From positions 76,942,001 to 77,006,000 of the forward strand of contig CM060731.1 of assembly GCA_030704615.1 (NCBI GenBank): a stretch of 64,000 nucleotides of DNA, read 5' to 3'. Within the stretch, counting starts at the first letter, position 1. Each line of letters begins with the position of its first letter. Under the pieces are notes generated by a model. The model worked only from the letters and a program-made list of their open reading frames with translations, did not search any database and was not told where the DNA came from. The stretch comes from Takakia lepidozioides (lineage: Eukaryota > Plantae > Bryophyta). The position numbers and the translations under genes are program-made. Shown here one piece after another: positions 27,146 through 39,794 of the stretch.

Positions 27146-28137
27146 TCATTTGCCCTGGGTCTCCAAAGCCTCCATCCCGCGCCCTTGCTGTGCATACCCT
27201 GCAATCATCACACTCCACGACACCACATGTCGTTCAGCCATACTGTCGAACACTCCCTTTGCATCCTCAATGCACCCACATTTGGCATACATGTCCACCA
27301 GGGCAGTGTTCAGAATGACATCAGGTGCAATTCCAGATTTGATGATATCACTGTGGATCTCTTTGCCATTTTCCAGGGCTGCCAGGCTTGCACAAGCATT
27401 ACAAACACACACAAACGTGATCTGGTTACACTTCACCCCCTGCCCCCATCATAGGTCTCCAAAGCCTCCATCCCGTACCCCTGCAAGCATCGCGTTCCAC
27501 GACATCACATCTCGTTCAGCCAGAGTGTGGAATACTCCCTTCGCATCCTGAATGCACCCACATTTGGCAAACCTGTCAGTTTAGGATGACAGCTGGTACA
27601 ATTCCAGCTTTGACGATGTCAGCATGGACCTCTTTCCCCTTTTCCAAGGCTCCCAGGCTTGCACACGCATTGCAAACACCAACAAAGGTGATGTGGTTGG
27701 GCTTCACCGGCCCTTCGCGCAACATTTGCTCATAGGTCTCCAAAGCATTCCTACCACACCCATGTTAAATCCTGCCAACATTATATTCAACGTGATCAAA
27801 GTTCGTTGAGGCATTCCGTTGAACACTCGGTGTGCATTCATGATGCTCTTGCACTTAACATACATGTTCACAAGGGTGTTGAGGAGAAAAACACTTGGCG
27901 TGAATCCACTTTGGATAATGTGAGTGTGCACCTGCTTTCCAGCCAGACCCCTCATTTTGACGCACTTACGCAAGAGACAGACATACATATCTGAATCTGC
28001 TGAAATGCTCCTTGGTTTAAAGGTTGTAGAGCCTCTTTCAGTATGCCTGCCTCACAAAGCATCTTCACATGCCTAGAAGAGCCAAAAGAGGCATTATGGA
28101 CTCCCTCTCTTGATCCTCTTTTAGAAGTTGTGGTCAT
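27146..28137 (-). pseudogene. PLS-class PPR gene, N-terminal part, frameshifted
   Basis: [84 protein letters not shown]. Confidence 0.9.
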
Positions 28138-28160
28138 GGTTGAGGTGCCTGATTTAAATC

Positions 28161-29690
28161 AGGGCTGCTAGGCCTGCAATGCACACAAACATGATGTGGC
28201 CGGGCTGAACCCCTTCCCTCATCATTTGCTCATAGGTCTCCAAAGCCTCCATCCCACGTCCCTGCTGTGCATACCCTGCAAGCATCGCACTCCACGACAC
28301 CACATCTCGTTCAGCCATAGTGTTGAACACTCCCTTTGCATCCTCGATGCACCCACATTTTGCATACATGTCCACTAGGGTATTGTTCAAAATGACATTT
28401 GGTACAATTCCAGCTCTAAAGGTGTCACCATGGACCTCCTTCCCCTTTTCCAGAGTTGCCAGGGCAGTGTTTCGAATGACATTAGGTACAATTCCAGCTT
28501 TGATGATATCCCCATGCACCTCTTTGCCCTTCTCCAGGGCTGCCAGGCCTGCAATGCATACAAACATGATGTGGCCGGCTGAACCCCTTCCCCCATCATT
28601 TGCTCATAGGTCTCCAAAGCTTCCATCCCACGTCCCTGCTATGCATACCCTGCAAGCATCGCACTCCACGACACCATCTCGTTCAGCCATAGTGTTGAAC
28701 ACTCCCTTTACATCCTCGATGCACCCACATTTTGCATACATGTCCACTAGGGTATTGTTCAGAATGACATTTGGTACAATTCCAGCTCTGAAGGTGTCAC
28801 CATGGACCTCCTTCCCATTTTCCAGAGCTGCCAGGGGAGTGTTTAGAATGACATTAGGTACAATTCTAGCTTTGATGTTATCCCCATGCACCTCTTTGCC
28901 CTTCTCCAGGGCTGCCAGGCCTGCAATGCATACAAACATGACGTGGCCGGCTGAACCCCTTCCTCCATCATTTGCTCATACGTCTCCAAAGCTTCCATCC
29001 CACGTCCCTGCTATGCATACCCTGCAAGCATCGCACTCCACGACACCACATCTCGTTCAGCCATAGTGTTGAACACTCCCTTTGCATCCTCGATGCACCC
29101 ACATTTTGCATACATGTCCACTAGGGTATTGTTCATAATGACATTTGGTACAATTCCAGCTCTAAAGGTGTCACCATGGACCTCCTTCCCATTTTCCAGA
29201 GCTGCCAGGGCAGTGTTTAGAATGACATTAGGTACAATTCCAGCTTTGATGATATCCCCATGCACCTCTTTGTCCTTCTCCAGGGCTGCCAGGCCTGCAA
29301 TGCATACAAACATGATGTGGCCGGCTGAACCCCTTCCCCCATCATTTGCTCATAGGTCTCCAAAGCCTCCATCCCACGTCCCTGTTGTGCATACCCTACA
29401 AGCATCACACTCCACGACACCATCTCGTTCAGCCATAGTGTTGAACACTCCATTTGCATCCTCGATGCACCCACATTTTGCATACATGTCCACTAGGGTA
29501 TTGTTCAGAATGACATTTGGTACAATTTCAGCTCTTAAGATGTCACCATGGACCTCCTTCCCCTTTTTCAGAGCTGCCAGGGCAGTGTTTAGAATGACAT
29601 TAGGTACAATTCCAGCTTTGATGATATCCCCATGCACCTCTTTGCCCTTCTCAAGGGCTGCCAGGCTTGCACAAGCATTGCAATGCACAC
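28161..29690 (-). repeat. Four near-identical 372-375 bp tandem units encoding PPR motifs
   Basis: The anchor agggctgc recurs at 28161, 28536, 28908, 29282 and 29654. Each unit encodes GKEVHGD.. twice, then [18 protein letters not shown]. Confidence 0.93.
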
Positions 29691-29747
29691 ATGGGACAAA
29701 GTAGAACAACAAGAAACCCACATCACAGAGAAGAGAGAGGTTCTCAC

Positions 29748-29846
29748 CTTATCACGACCTTCGACAAACACATGAATGGGTTGGTTGGTGTCAAGAGGGC
29801 GAGGTCGGATTCGGCGGCCACCAGAAATCAACAGGAGTGGATGCAA
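29748..29846 (-). pseudogene. Captured exon resembling the Enhancer-of-polycomb (EPL1) N-terminus
   Basis: RRIRPRPLDTNQPIHVF resembles the F/I-R-P/A-R-P/A-L-D..P..V start of EPC/EPL1 proteins and is followed by an AAG|GTGAGA donor. Short match only. Confidence 0.4.
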
Positions 29847-30309
29847 GCATACGCTTTCTTTTCTTTGTCACTGACAGAGGAGTTTCCTCCTCTTCTTGGC
29901 CTACCACTTCGGGCATCAGCTCCTGCTCCTTCAAATGATTCTCCTTATGTGTGATAATTGCATGTGCCTCATCCCAAACTTGTCTCTATGATAAGAATGC
30001 TTTGCTTGGACATTCGGCAATTGATTCATACCTGCTCTCGGGCTGGGGCCAGGCACACACATATCAGAAATGAAGACGAAGGATATGCCACCAGCTGTAA
30101 CCCTTGGCCATAATACATTAAGAGCGTACTCCCTGTAGGATGCCTTTCTGGAGCTATGGTAAGGCTTTGAACCGCAATATATAAAACCAGGTCAAGAGTG
30201 CTGAATTGCTTATAACAATCCCAAAAAATGGAACGCATGAGTAAGAGAGAGAGAGGGTAGACCCTGGCTGAAATAGACAAGCCAGAAAGAGCAGAAAAGA
30301 TTGCATACC

Positions 30310-30700
30310 TCTCTATGGATAACTGCTGATCCATGCTTGGGTCAACTGGGAGAGAGGAACTCTCTACACACAGGGAGGCCATCATTTGCTGGCGACTGAG
30401 GGTTTTCCCCTGTAACAGCATACCTTCTTGGAAGCTCAAAGTTTCAGCATGCATCATATCTCCCACTGTCCTCTCAAGATGAGACTCTACCACCGTCTCC
30501 AATACCTTCCCATTTAGGCTCTCTGTGTGCTCAATATCTGTAAGATCTATCTGGTTCACCTTAGAAACACATGGGTTGCTCTTCACAGTTGCCTCCTCCT
30601 CCATACACTTTAAGCCACCATCCGCAATCCCTCCCACTTCATTTGTGAGAGGGCAAAACAGGCTGAAAATAGGTCAAAGAAGAAGGTGCCCTCACCATAT
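30310..30700 (-). pseudogene. Further captured exon-like fragment of an unidentified gene
   Basis: Protein-like open frame within ORF 30026..30637 ending at a GAG|GTATGC donor near 30308. Family not recognised. Confidence 0.3.
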
Positions 30701-33700
30701 TGTCCTTGAGCTTGTGTCATGACTTGACCTGCCATCAACCCAAAAGGACCTCTTGTGCCTGCTGCTTGTGTCTGTAGTCAGGTAATGTCGGATTGGTCTG
30801 TGAGATCGAACCACCACGGTGCAGCTGAGTAGGCAGAGATTGAAACACGACCTGCTAAGACCAAGCTAACTCTCCCAAGAATGGCGAGCTCGCAAGAATG
30901 TTGCGAGCTTCTCCTCGTCTCATCTCCTCCTCCTCTCCTCCTTCCTGCATCATTTGCTCAACGCCTCCATCCCACGCCCTTGCATATCCTGCGATCATCG
31001 CGTTCCATCCCTCGGCTACATGGTGTGGCGCAGGAGACCAAAAAAACGCCAAGTCCCAGCCCTCCTTTGTGTTCACGATTACCCTAATGGACAACCTTAT
31101 TAACAACTTTTTAACTTTTTTAATCCTAATGGGCAACTTATTAACAACTTTTTGACTTTTTAGCCTTTTGCACTTTGATTCATTCTAGGTCAAAGGCTAA
31201 AATCCTGCTACCATACTTGTCTAGAAAACCAAAATACCACGTAAACAAACATTTGATAGTGGTAGTAAAATATATTACCATTGGGCTGGTTTGAACACTT
31301 GCTAGTAAAAACTTTCACTTTGAGTTATTGAAATTGAAATATACATTGTAAATTATATTTTCATAATTACAGCTATCAATGTTTGACTTAGGGGTGGTAG
31401 AATAAAGGACTCCGTAATGAAACTTTTGATAGTTGTAGTGAATTGTTCTATTAATATCAGCACATTTCACTACGTGGTGCTAGAAATAGTGAAAAGTGGC
31501 AAATAGTGAAATTCATAGTAAAATACCGACGGTGCTAAAAACCGTAGTGTGTTGTAGTGCCTCGTTGTGTCTATCCTTGCCCCTTCCTGCATGCTCAAGA
31601 ATAGGTCTGCAAAGCCTCCATCCCACGCCCCTGCACATCCTGCGATCGTTGCGTTCCATGCTCTAGGCTTGTGGATACTAAGAAAACATATGGTGTGGCG
31701 GGAGACAAAAAAATCCCAAAAAGAGGCCAAGTCCTAGCCCTCTGTTCATGGCTGGCACCCTAATGGGCAACCCTATAAGCAACTTTTTGATTTTTTTTAA
31801 CCTTGTGCACTTTGATCATTGATGAATGAACTTATCCAATGGATGAATACATTCGTGTATGTGCCTTCAAAATGACACGTGTAGTGATGCAGTCGTATAA
31901 TTAGAGCTCTGAAACCATATTTAGTCATGAAGTCATACGATTCTAGGAAAATTCATCCATGTGTAGTCCTCCATATGACGTGAGTCATATAAACCATCCC
32001 TGTCATCATGGTCAACAATGTTTGACCAATGCTCCCTACCTTTCCGGAGTCATGTAGTGATATCCATTACTACAGAGTGATAAAACTATGACTGCAATGC
32101 ATTTCAGCGTTCTGTAGTCGTGTACCTAATGCCGTTTTTATGACTCCGCAAAAGCCGTAGTCCTAAAAACGCTCATCTCTTGTAGTGCCATCAACACCAC
32201 CAGCTCGCGTCTCCTCATCGAACTCCACCCCATGGTACGTGCAACGACATCAACAATCAACTGCCAAAGAACCAGATCACAACGTACAACAACCCTGGGT
32301 TCTTTCAACTGTGACAGGAATCACTCGTGAGCAATCCTTTAACAGTTTAGGTCTTGATGGAACCATAATCACAAGATCTACACTGTCTTTTTGTAAAAAA
32401 ATGTGAAGCATAGTCCTTGTCCTACAAAAGCCAGTGACTATTTCTAGATTAACCAACTCTAATATGCACAGCACCGGTTATCACATCCGGTCCACCCAGC
32501 CACCACACCGTGCCTATCTCCTACATCAGATCTATCGGATCCTAGTGTCCTCCAGGCCACCATCCTCAATCTTCTTCTCCTCTCTTCGTGTATGCCAGAA
32601 CCACCGCTCTTTCTTCGTGTACAGGTGACCTTCATCACCCGTTGACCTCCTTGGCAGGTGATCAGTACTCAAAGCTTGTAGTTGTCTCTCAAGACCTTCA
32701 CGTGACACTGCTCCAACTTTCCCCCACCTGTCATTCACACCACCCCATGGCCTTTTCCACCCAGAAGTCATTCAAACTTGTTGCCTAGAGGGCCATAACA
32801 AACTCCCCCACTAAAGATTCATCATTGTCCGCAATGATAGTGAAATGGGGAAAATCCAATTGCAGGTCACTCTCTTTTTCCCAAGTAGCTTCAGATTCTG
32901 GATAGTGATACCACTTGACAAGATGTTCACGATATGAACGATTTCGAAGGTGTTTCATTCTTGTCTCCAGAATAGATTCAGGTTCAGCCAATAACTGACC
33001 TTCATTCATAACTTTGGGTAGTTCAGGTAGAATATGACTGGGGTCTGCCACATATTTCCTTAGGAGGCTGACATGAAAGACGTCATGGATTTTCCAACTA
33101 ACTAGCAGATCTAGCTGGTATGCCACAGATCCATAACGCTTTAAGATCACAAAAGGTCCACAGAATTTTGGGGACAGCTTAGGACACTTGCCCAATTTCA
33201 ACTGGCTTCTTTTGGGAGCAACTTTCAAGAAGACCTTTGTCGCCTACCTCAAATTCACGGAAGCTTTTGTGCTTGTCAGTATAGAACTTGGCTCTTTCTT
33301 GAGCACTTCTCATGCTTCTCTTTACCAAATCCAACACCGAGTGCATTTCACGGACCATGTCATTGACAGACTGGACCTTAGACAATGGCATGGAAAGAGA
33401 AGCTAGGGTCAAACAATCACGTCCATAGAGTGCTTGAAACGGGCTCATCCCGATGGTACTATGGAAATTCTTGTTATAGGCGAACTCTATCAAATACAAG
33501 TACTGCTCCCAGGAAGTCTGTCTCTGACCAATATACATTCTCAGCATATCCTCAATGGTTCGGTTGGTCCGTTCTGTTTGGGCATCTGTTTCAGGATGAT
33601 ATGCAGTACTAAGTCTTAACTTGGTTCCCAAAAGCTTAAACAAAGCAGTCCAAAAATGACTTGTGAACTTCGAGGGCAACAAAGCCGTGAGCAGAACCTG

Positions 33701-34029
33701 TGAGCAGATTCTTGGATTCGTGAGCAGATTCCCCGAAGCGTGAGCAGAATCAAAGCGTGAGCAGATTTTGCTTGCGGACCCCAAAACCGTGGGGACAAGT
33801 GGGCCTATTTCCGTGGACGCCAACTTCACTGCAAAGACGCAGTCTCCGCTCCATCGGACCGAAGGCAGACAAGCTCCATGACGACAAAGTGGCACGAATG
33901 CACGATGATACATTCACGGATGAATGGATTTGGGATGGAAGTAAAAGTGTAATGGATGAACGTTGGATGAAGCACGGATGAGAAGTTGTCCAGATGAGGG
34001 GACTATGGAGGACTGTATGAGCATGTCTC

Positions 34030-34910
34030 CTATGGGATCAGCAATCGCATGCACCAAGCATTAAGGTGTCGTCAACGACATCTTAAATCGCATGCTGAGC
34101 ATGAGAAATGAACCCATGAAAATCGTTGCAAGAAGAAAAATGTGGCCTGGAAAAAACCATAGGGGGAGTTGAAACCCTGCTCAGGGAATGACGAATTAAG
34201 ATGTCGTCAACGACATCTTAATCCCCTGCCCTATATATATGTAAGCCCAAAAATGGAGAAAGGCTTGGGTTTACTTGAACAAAGTGGATCCATGAATGAA
34301 TGTCTCGTGAGGGATCAGCAAGCGCATGCACCAAGCATTAAGGTGTCGTCAACGACATCTTAAATCGCATGCTCAGCATGAGAAATGAACCCATGAAAAT
34401 CGTTGCAAAAAAATAAATCTGGCCTGAAAAAAACCATAGGGGGGAGTTGTAACCCTCCTCAGGGAATGACGAATTAAGATGTCGTCAACGACATCTTAAT
34501 CCTCTGCCCTCTTTGAAAATGGGAATTTCACCAAACAGGATAAATCACAATATATATATATATATGTAAGCCCCAAAATGGAGAAAGGGCTGGGTTTACT
34601 TGAACAAAGTGGATCCATGAAGATTGACTGCATTAGTGGATCTATTAAAACATTGGTGAACTCGTGATAGTGGAGCATATAAAATTAGATTGGCTGGAGA
34701 GAACCATAGGGGGGAGCTGTAATCCTGCTCAGGGCATCACAAATTAAGATGTCGTCAACGACATCTTAATCCCATGCCTTGTTTAGACATGGGAATTTCA
34801 CCAAATACGATAAGAGACAAAAATAAAATAAAATGAAATAAATACATAAAAGCCCAAAAATGGGGAAAGGTTTGGGTTTACTTGATCAAAGTGGATCCAT
34901 GAAGAGTGAC
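34030..34910. repeat. Degenerate tandem repeat (about 135/277 bp period) containing five palindrome copies
   Basis: Palindromes start at 34060, 34195, 34337, 34473 and 34743, with repeated flanks (accatagggggag, gggtttacttga.caaagtggatccatgaa). Confidence 0.85.
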
Positions 34911-35030
34911 TGGTCTCAATTCCAATAGTGGACAAATTAAGAAACATTGGTGAACTCGCGATAGTGGAGCATATCAAAGTAATTCAGCAAAGTGGAGTCA
35001 TTGACACATACAGAACTCCCACAAAACACG

Positions 35031-35660
35031 TCAGATGTCAACTACCCTATCTCTCTGCAGAAGTGTTTGAACGTCACTGGGACCCATTGTGCATTGGTGA
35101 ATGCACGTGTCTCGTTGAGGATCACAAAACATCCTGTGAATGTAGATGTAATAAAGATGTTTGCATGGGACAAATTTACCTCTATTTCCAATGGAGCTGT
35201 TTATCGTGTTGTCGAAGTCCGGGCATGTGCAATTAGGAAAATTCCCAATAGTAATGTCATAAGTCCTATCATGAAGAACCGATCCCGAAGTCACCATATT
35301 GTACACCCACCCATAGCCTGGAGGGGGGACATTAACAATTTGGGTAACCCGACACTGCAGGGTTCTCGCAGACTCAATTTTGCACTGGTTATCTGCACCT
35401 GCCTCAACACGACGAACCGATTTTCCATTCCTTTTCATTGGCCAGTCGTTCCCATGTGGTGGACGTGTACGGAATGCGGATGGCGTACCACGACATGATG
35501 TTGGTGTTAGGACTGTTGGGCCTCTTGGAAGTCGAAACCCAACATCCTCCAGCATGTCTATCTCTTGTTTGGAGAGAGATGTTCCGACCTTGACTGGCCA
35601 GACGACAGGGATGGTATACTCCAGCTTCGCTCGCTCTCCAGCATCCGCTTGCTGTGACAC
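35031..35660 (-). pseudogene. Detached C-terminal part of the MULE transposase with SWIM zinc finger
   Basis: YDITIGNFPNCTCPDF...FVPCKHLYYIY (CxC...CxH SWIM). Same strand as the transposase core. Confidence 0.8.
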
Positions 35661-35736
35661 AAGAACGTTGGCCTATTATTACATCTTCAATCCAAAAATG
35701 AAAGAAAACTCAAGATTGAAAAGGAACTAGTCTTAC

Positions 35737-36650
35737 CGCGTATAAGTACTCGAGGAAAGCTTCCCTCGTCATATTGTACCAAGTTTCAGACTTCTTGATT
35801 GTTTGGCATTTCTTCAGTGTCTCCGCAAACAAGACGCTGGCGAATGTTTCCAATGGCATGACTCCTATACTTTGCATCCGAAACAGTGTAAGCACTATGT
35901 TCGTGGTGACGTGTGATGTCTCCGTTGCCCTGCATTGAAAGCAAATGAGTACAAGAGTCTTGAAGCAAGAGACTGCATGTAGTTCATAAAAGGAAACGAA
36001 ACAAGACTTACTTGTTGACATCGTGCATGGCAGTCAGAAGCTGTGTTATTCTGCCTTGTGGATCCAAAACCATTGACACTACTCGGTGATGCCAGTCTTT
36101 GTTGTCGGCATACATCTCGTGATATATTCCATCCAGGCAACCAAACGGTGATTACCATCCCATACGAAGAACATCTTCCCCATGTACTGCCTATGAGATG
36201 GGTTATAGGAAAGCTCTGCCTCAAACTCGAATTCACCTCATTCCAAAGTGGATCCCAACCGGCCACAATCTCTTCGTCAACCATTTTCTCCGATCCTTGG
36301 ATATCTGTCATTGAAACAAAAAAAACTGCGGAGCCCTTCAAATACCCGTGGATGAAATCACCCTGAAGCTTCTTGATATCATGATGTAGGGCTGGACGAA
36401 CGGCAGGCATGGAAATCATCCTGCATAGGGGAATCATAAGAGTGTCGTCTCGAACTTCCATGGAATTTATGACCTTCCTGGAGTTTACCTTGGAGGTGTA
36501 CGTCAGTGAATGCACTTTATCTTCGTAATTGTCAGATGGGTCTTCATCTTGAGTATAAGGAGCAGATGTCTCCTGTGCAGGCTGGCTTTCCCCCGCCTTC
36601 TTCCTTTTTTTCTGCATTCATTTGTGTTTTTCCACAGCATCAATGTCTAC
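35737..36650 (-). pseudogene. Two exons encoding a ParB/Srx-like domain (displaced, inverted part of the MULE cargo gene)
   Basis: IPLCRMISMPAVRPALHHDIKKL..., then after a frameshift KMFFVWDGNHRLVAWMEYI (36120-36175), the GxHR box. In-frame intron 36011-35930 (GTAAGT...TGCAG). Confidence 0.7.
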
Positions 36651-39600
36651 TTGACAGAACAGAATAAGGTGTCGTCAACGATGCCTTAATCTGCCTCCTT
36701 ATTTCAGATTTAAACACTCATTCAATATGACTACTCTCGACACCCGATCCTCTTCCTCTATGCATCGAAGTCCACTTTGTACACTCTAGATGAAGGTATT
36801 GTCAATGATGCCTTAATCTGCCTCCATGTTTGCATGTTTCAGAAAAAAACAGCCACTGAATGTCTTCCTCTCTGCATCAAAGTATTCGGAAAACGGATTC
36901 TAACTCCCAGATTAAGGTATTGTAAATGATGCCTTAATTCCCCTCCTCGTTTCTGTTTCAGATATCCCCTCACTGTGCAGACTACCCATCACTCAAACAC
37001 TCAACCCGGGAAAGACAGACTATATTAAGGTGTCGTCAACGATGCCTTAATCTGCCTGATTCATTCTGCTTCAGAAACCCCCTCACTTTGCCGACCAGTA
37101 AGCCTGTTCGTCTCTGTTTCGAAGAAACCCTGGGAATAGCAGAGCCCTAAACCCTAAACCCTGCATTCTTCATGCTGCTTCAAAGTCTAGTCATACAGCG
37201 GAAACTTGTTCTTTAATCATGATCCTCTATGTTTGAAAGAAAACCCTCAATATCTGAATGGCTGACCAGATTAAGGTATCGTCAACGATGCCTTAATCAG
37301 CCTCCTTCTGTCCGTATCAAACTCTCTGAATAACCCACCAGCCTTGTTTTCTTTGCTTCAAAAAGCCATGGCAGACTTCAAACTTCAAGACTGGAGCATG
37401 AGTCAATGCAAACTTTAGCTTGTCAAAGCTAACATCACAATCTGGAGTCCAAGCTTCATTCCAATCTTTAGAAGTAGAGTTCTTTAGTAGATCAGTCATT
37501 GGGGCTGCAATGCGAGAGAATGATTTGACAAACTTTCGCAGAAAGCTAGCAAACCCAACAAAGCTTCTGACTTCTGTTTTATCTTTGGGTTTGGGCCATT
37601 CGGCCATAGCCTGAATCTTCTTTGAATCAATGGACACTCCATCCTTTGAGATATGAAATCCCAAATAGTCCATATGATCTACAAAGAACTCACATTTACT
37701 CTTCTTTGCAAACAGATGATTATGCCTTAAGATATCCAAGACCATTATCAAATGTTGTTCATGCTCTTCTTCTGTTTTAGAAAATACCAAGATCATCCAT
37801 GAAGACAAGAACCATCTTGCCAAGGTATTTTCGAAATAGAGAGTTCATCAAGTGCATGAATGTAGCTGGAGCATTGGTAAGTCCAAATGGCATTACCGTA
37901 TATTCATAATGGCCAAAGCGTGATCGGAATCTAGTCTTAGGAATATCTGCATCCTTAATTCGTATCTGGTGGTAACCTGATCGCAGATCAAGTTTGAAAA
38001 AGACCTTACATATAGGTGATCAAAGATATCATCAATGCGTGGAAGTGGATATTTATTCTTGATTGTCATTTTGTTCATCCACCTATAGTCCACACACAGT
38101 CTTAACCCACCATCTTTTTTCTTTCTGAACATGACTGGAGCACTACAAGGGGATTTGCTAGCCCGAATATACCCCTTCTCAAGTAAGTCACTCAATTGTT
38201 TTTCAAGTTCTTCAGTTTCTGCAATTGAGTGCCGATAGGGTGCTCGCGCAAATGGTATTGAATCAGCCACCAACTCGATGGCATGATCAATATCACGTAC
38301 ATGAGGCATTTCAGGAATTTCCTCGGGAAACATATCCCGATAATCATTCAGAATTGCTTCTGTTCTGACATGTACTCCTGTACTTTTAGTACCTGATCCA
38401 GACAGACATTCATGCACACCCTTGGCAAAAATTTGACCATTTCCCTTACGCGCACACCTTTTCATCTGAACATCAGACATCAGAGGAACATTGGGGAGGG
38501 CTCGAGTACCTTTTAATTCAAAGGTTTTTCCAGAGGGTAAGGTACCGCTCACCAACCCACGCTTGCAAGCCACCACCGCATCCACAGTGTCAAGCCATTG
38601 CATCCCTAGAATGCGGTCATAGCAAACGCCGTTCCAGACTTCAAAATTTGCCTTCGTGTGCACCCCTTGCATGACAACTGGCATAGCTGAAAGATTGTTG
38701 CTATGTGGTCTCCACCCCACCATTTGGTAGCATAATCTAAGATGGCTGCACCTCCTCCTGTGATAATCCCAACTTGTCTGCAAAGGACTTTGATAGCATG
38801 TTGTGGGTGCTGCCAGTGTCAATCAACAACATTGTTGGTTTCCCCGCCACCTGTCCTTGAACTCGAATAACATTGTGGTTGTAGGCCACTCCACCATCGA
38901 CAACTGCAGTTATATTGGGACCCTTTCCAGTGGCCGATCCTAAACAATTTCCGAGGTCTTTGCTTCTTCAGGGTAATCCTCTTCAAAGAATTCCTCGAGT
39001 GTTTCTAGGAACGACAAAATCTCTTCTGGCTTGACACAAGTCTTACCCGCAAATTCCGGCAGCTTCACCATTTGTTTGATCTCGCGAGTTACATCTTTGT
39101 TCCTCTTAGCTCTGAACTCCAAGGAGCTAGCGTGAGATTGTGATTCGGCCTGGCTTCGCAATTCGTCATGTGAAGTCCCTATGGTTCTTTTTGCACTCGA
39201 TTTTTCTTTTGCAGGTTGAAGTTTCTGGACTTCAGATCGAATGAGTGCACCTAGGGCTTCCATCTGTGCATTAGAGAAAAGCTGACCCTTGCAATCTTCC
39301 TTATGCCGATAGCTACGAGCATCTGAAGGTTCCATCTCTTCTGAGTTACAGTACGAGCTGCGCCGCACGTTATTCTCCGATCCTGGGAACGAGAGCTTGC
39401 TCATAAATCCAAACGTTCTTTTTTCTGCCCTTATCGTACACAGGCTCTGATACCACTTACAACAACCCTGGGTTCTTTCAACTGTGACAGGAATCACTCG
39501 TGAGCAATCTTTTTACAGTTCAGGTCTTGATGGAACCATAATCACAAGATCTACACTGTCTTTTTGTAAAAAAGGTGAACCATAGTCCCTGTACTACAAA

Positions 39601-39794
39601 AACCAGTGACTATTTCTAGATTAACCAACTCTAATATGCACAGCACCGGTTATCACATCCGGTCCACCCAGCCACCACGCCGTGCCTATCTCCTGCATCA
39701 GTTCTATCGGATCCTAGTGTCCTCCAGGCCACCATCCTCAATCCTCTTCTCCTCTCTTCGTGTCTGCCAGAACCGCGCTCTTTCTTTGTGTACA

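Larger units (their letters stand above)
25793..32187. mobile_element. Non-autonomous CACTA element carrying host gene fragments (Pack-CACTA); TSD CCA
   Basis: TIRs CACTACAACAGATGAGCGTTTTTA and TAAAAACGCTCATCTCTTGTAGTG. 3 bp TSD CCA at 25790-25792 and 32188-32190. Subterminal ATGACT/AGTCAT repeats. Empty site near 1250 in duplication A. No transposase seen. Confidence 0.95.

Noticed and set aside
28320-29704. Long plus-strand ORFs (248 and 212 aa)
   Set aside because: They are antisense shadows of the PPR tandem array.
33179-33913. ORF suggesting an integrase with a novel N-terminus (also 39631-40209, 48137-49075, 24734-25102)
   Set aside because: These are chance read-throughs across insertion or rearrangement junctions.
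34060-34770. Regularly spaced 28 bp palindromes as a CRISPR array
   Set aside because: The spacers are over 100 bp and themselves repeated, there are no cas genes, and the context is eukaryotic.
37145-37162. CCCTAAACCCTAAACCCT as an interstitial telomere or healing site
   Set aside because: Only about 2.5 units and not at a mapped breakpoint; an ordinary telo-box-sized match.
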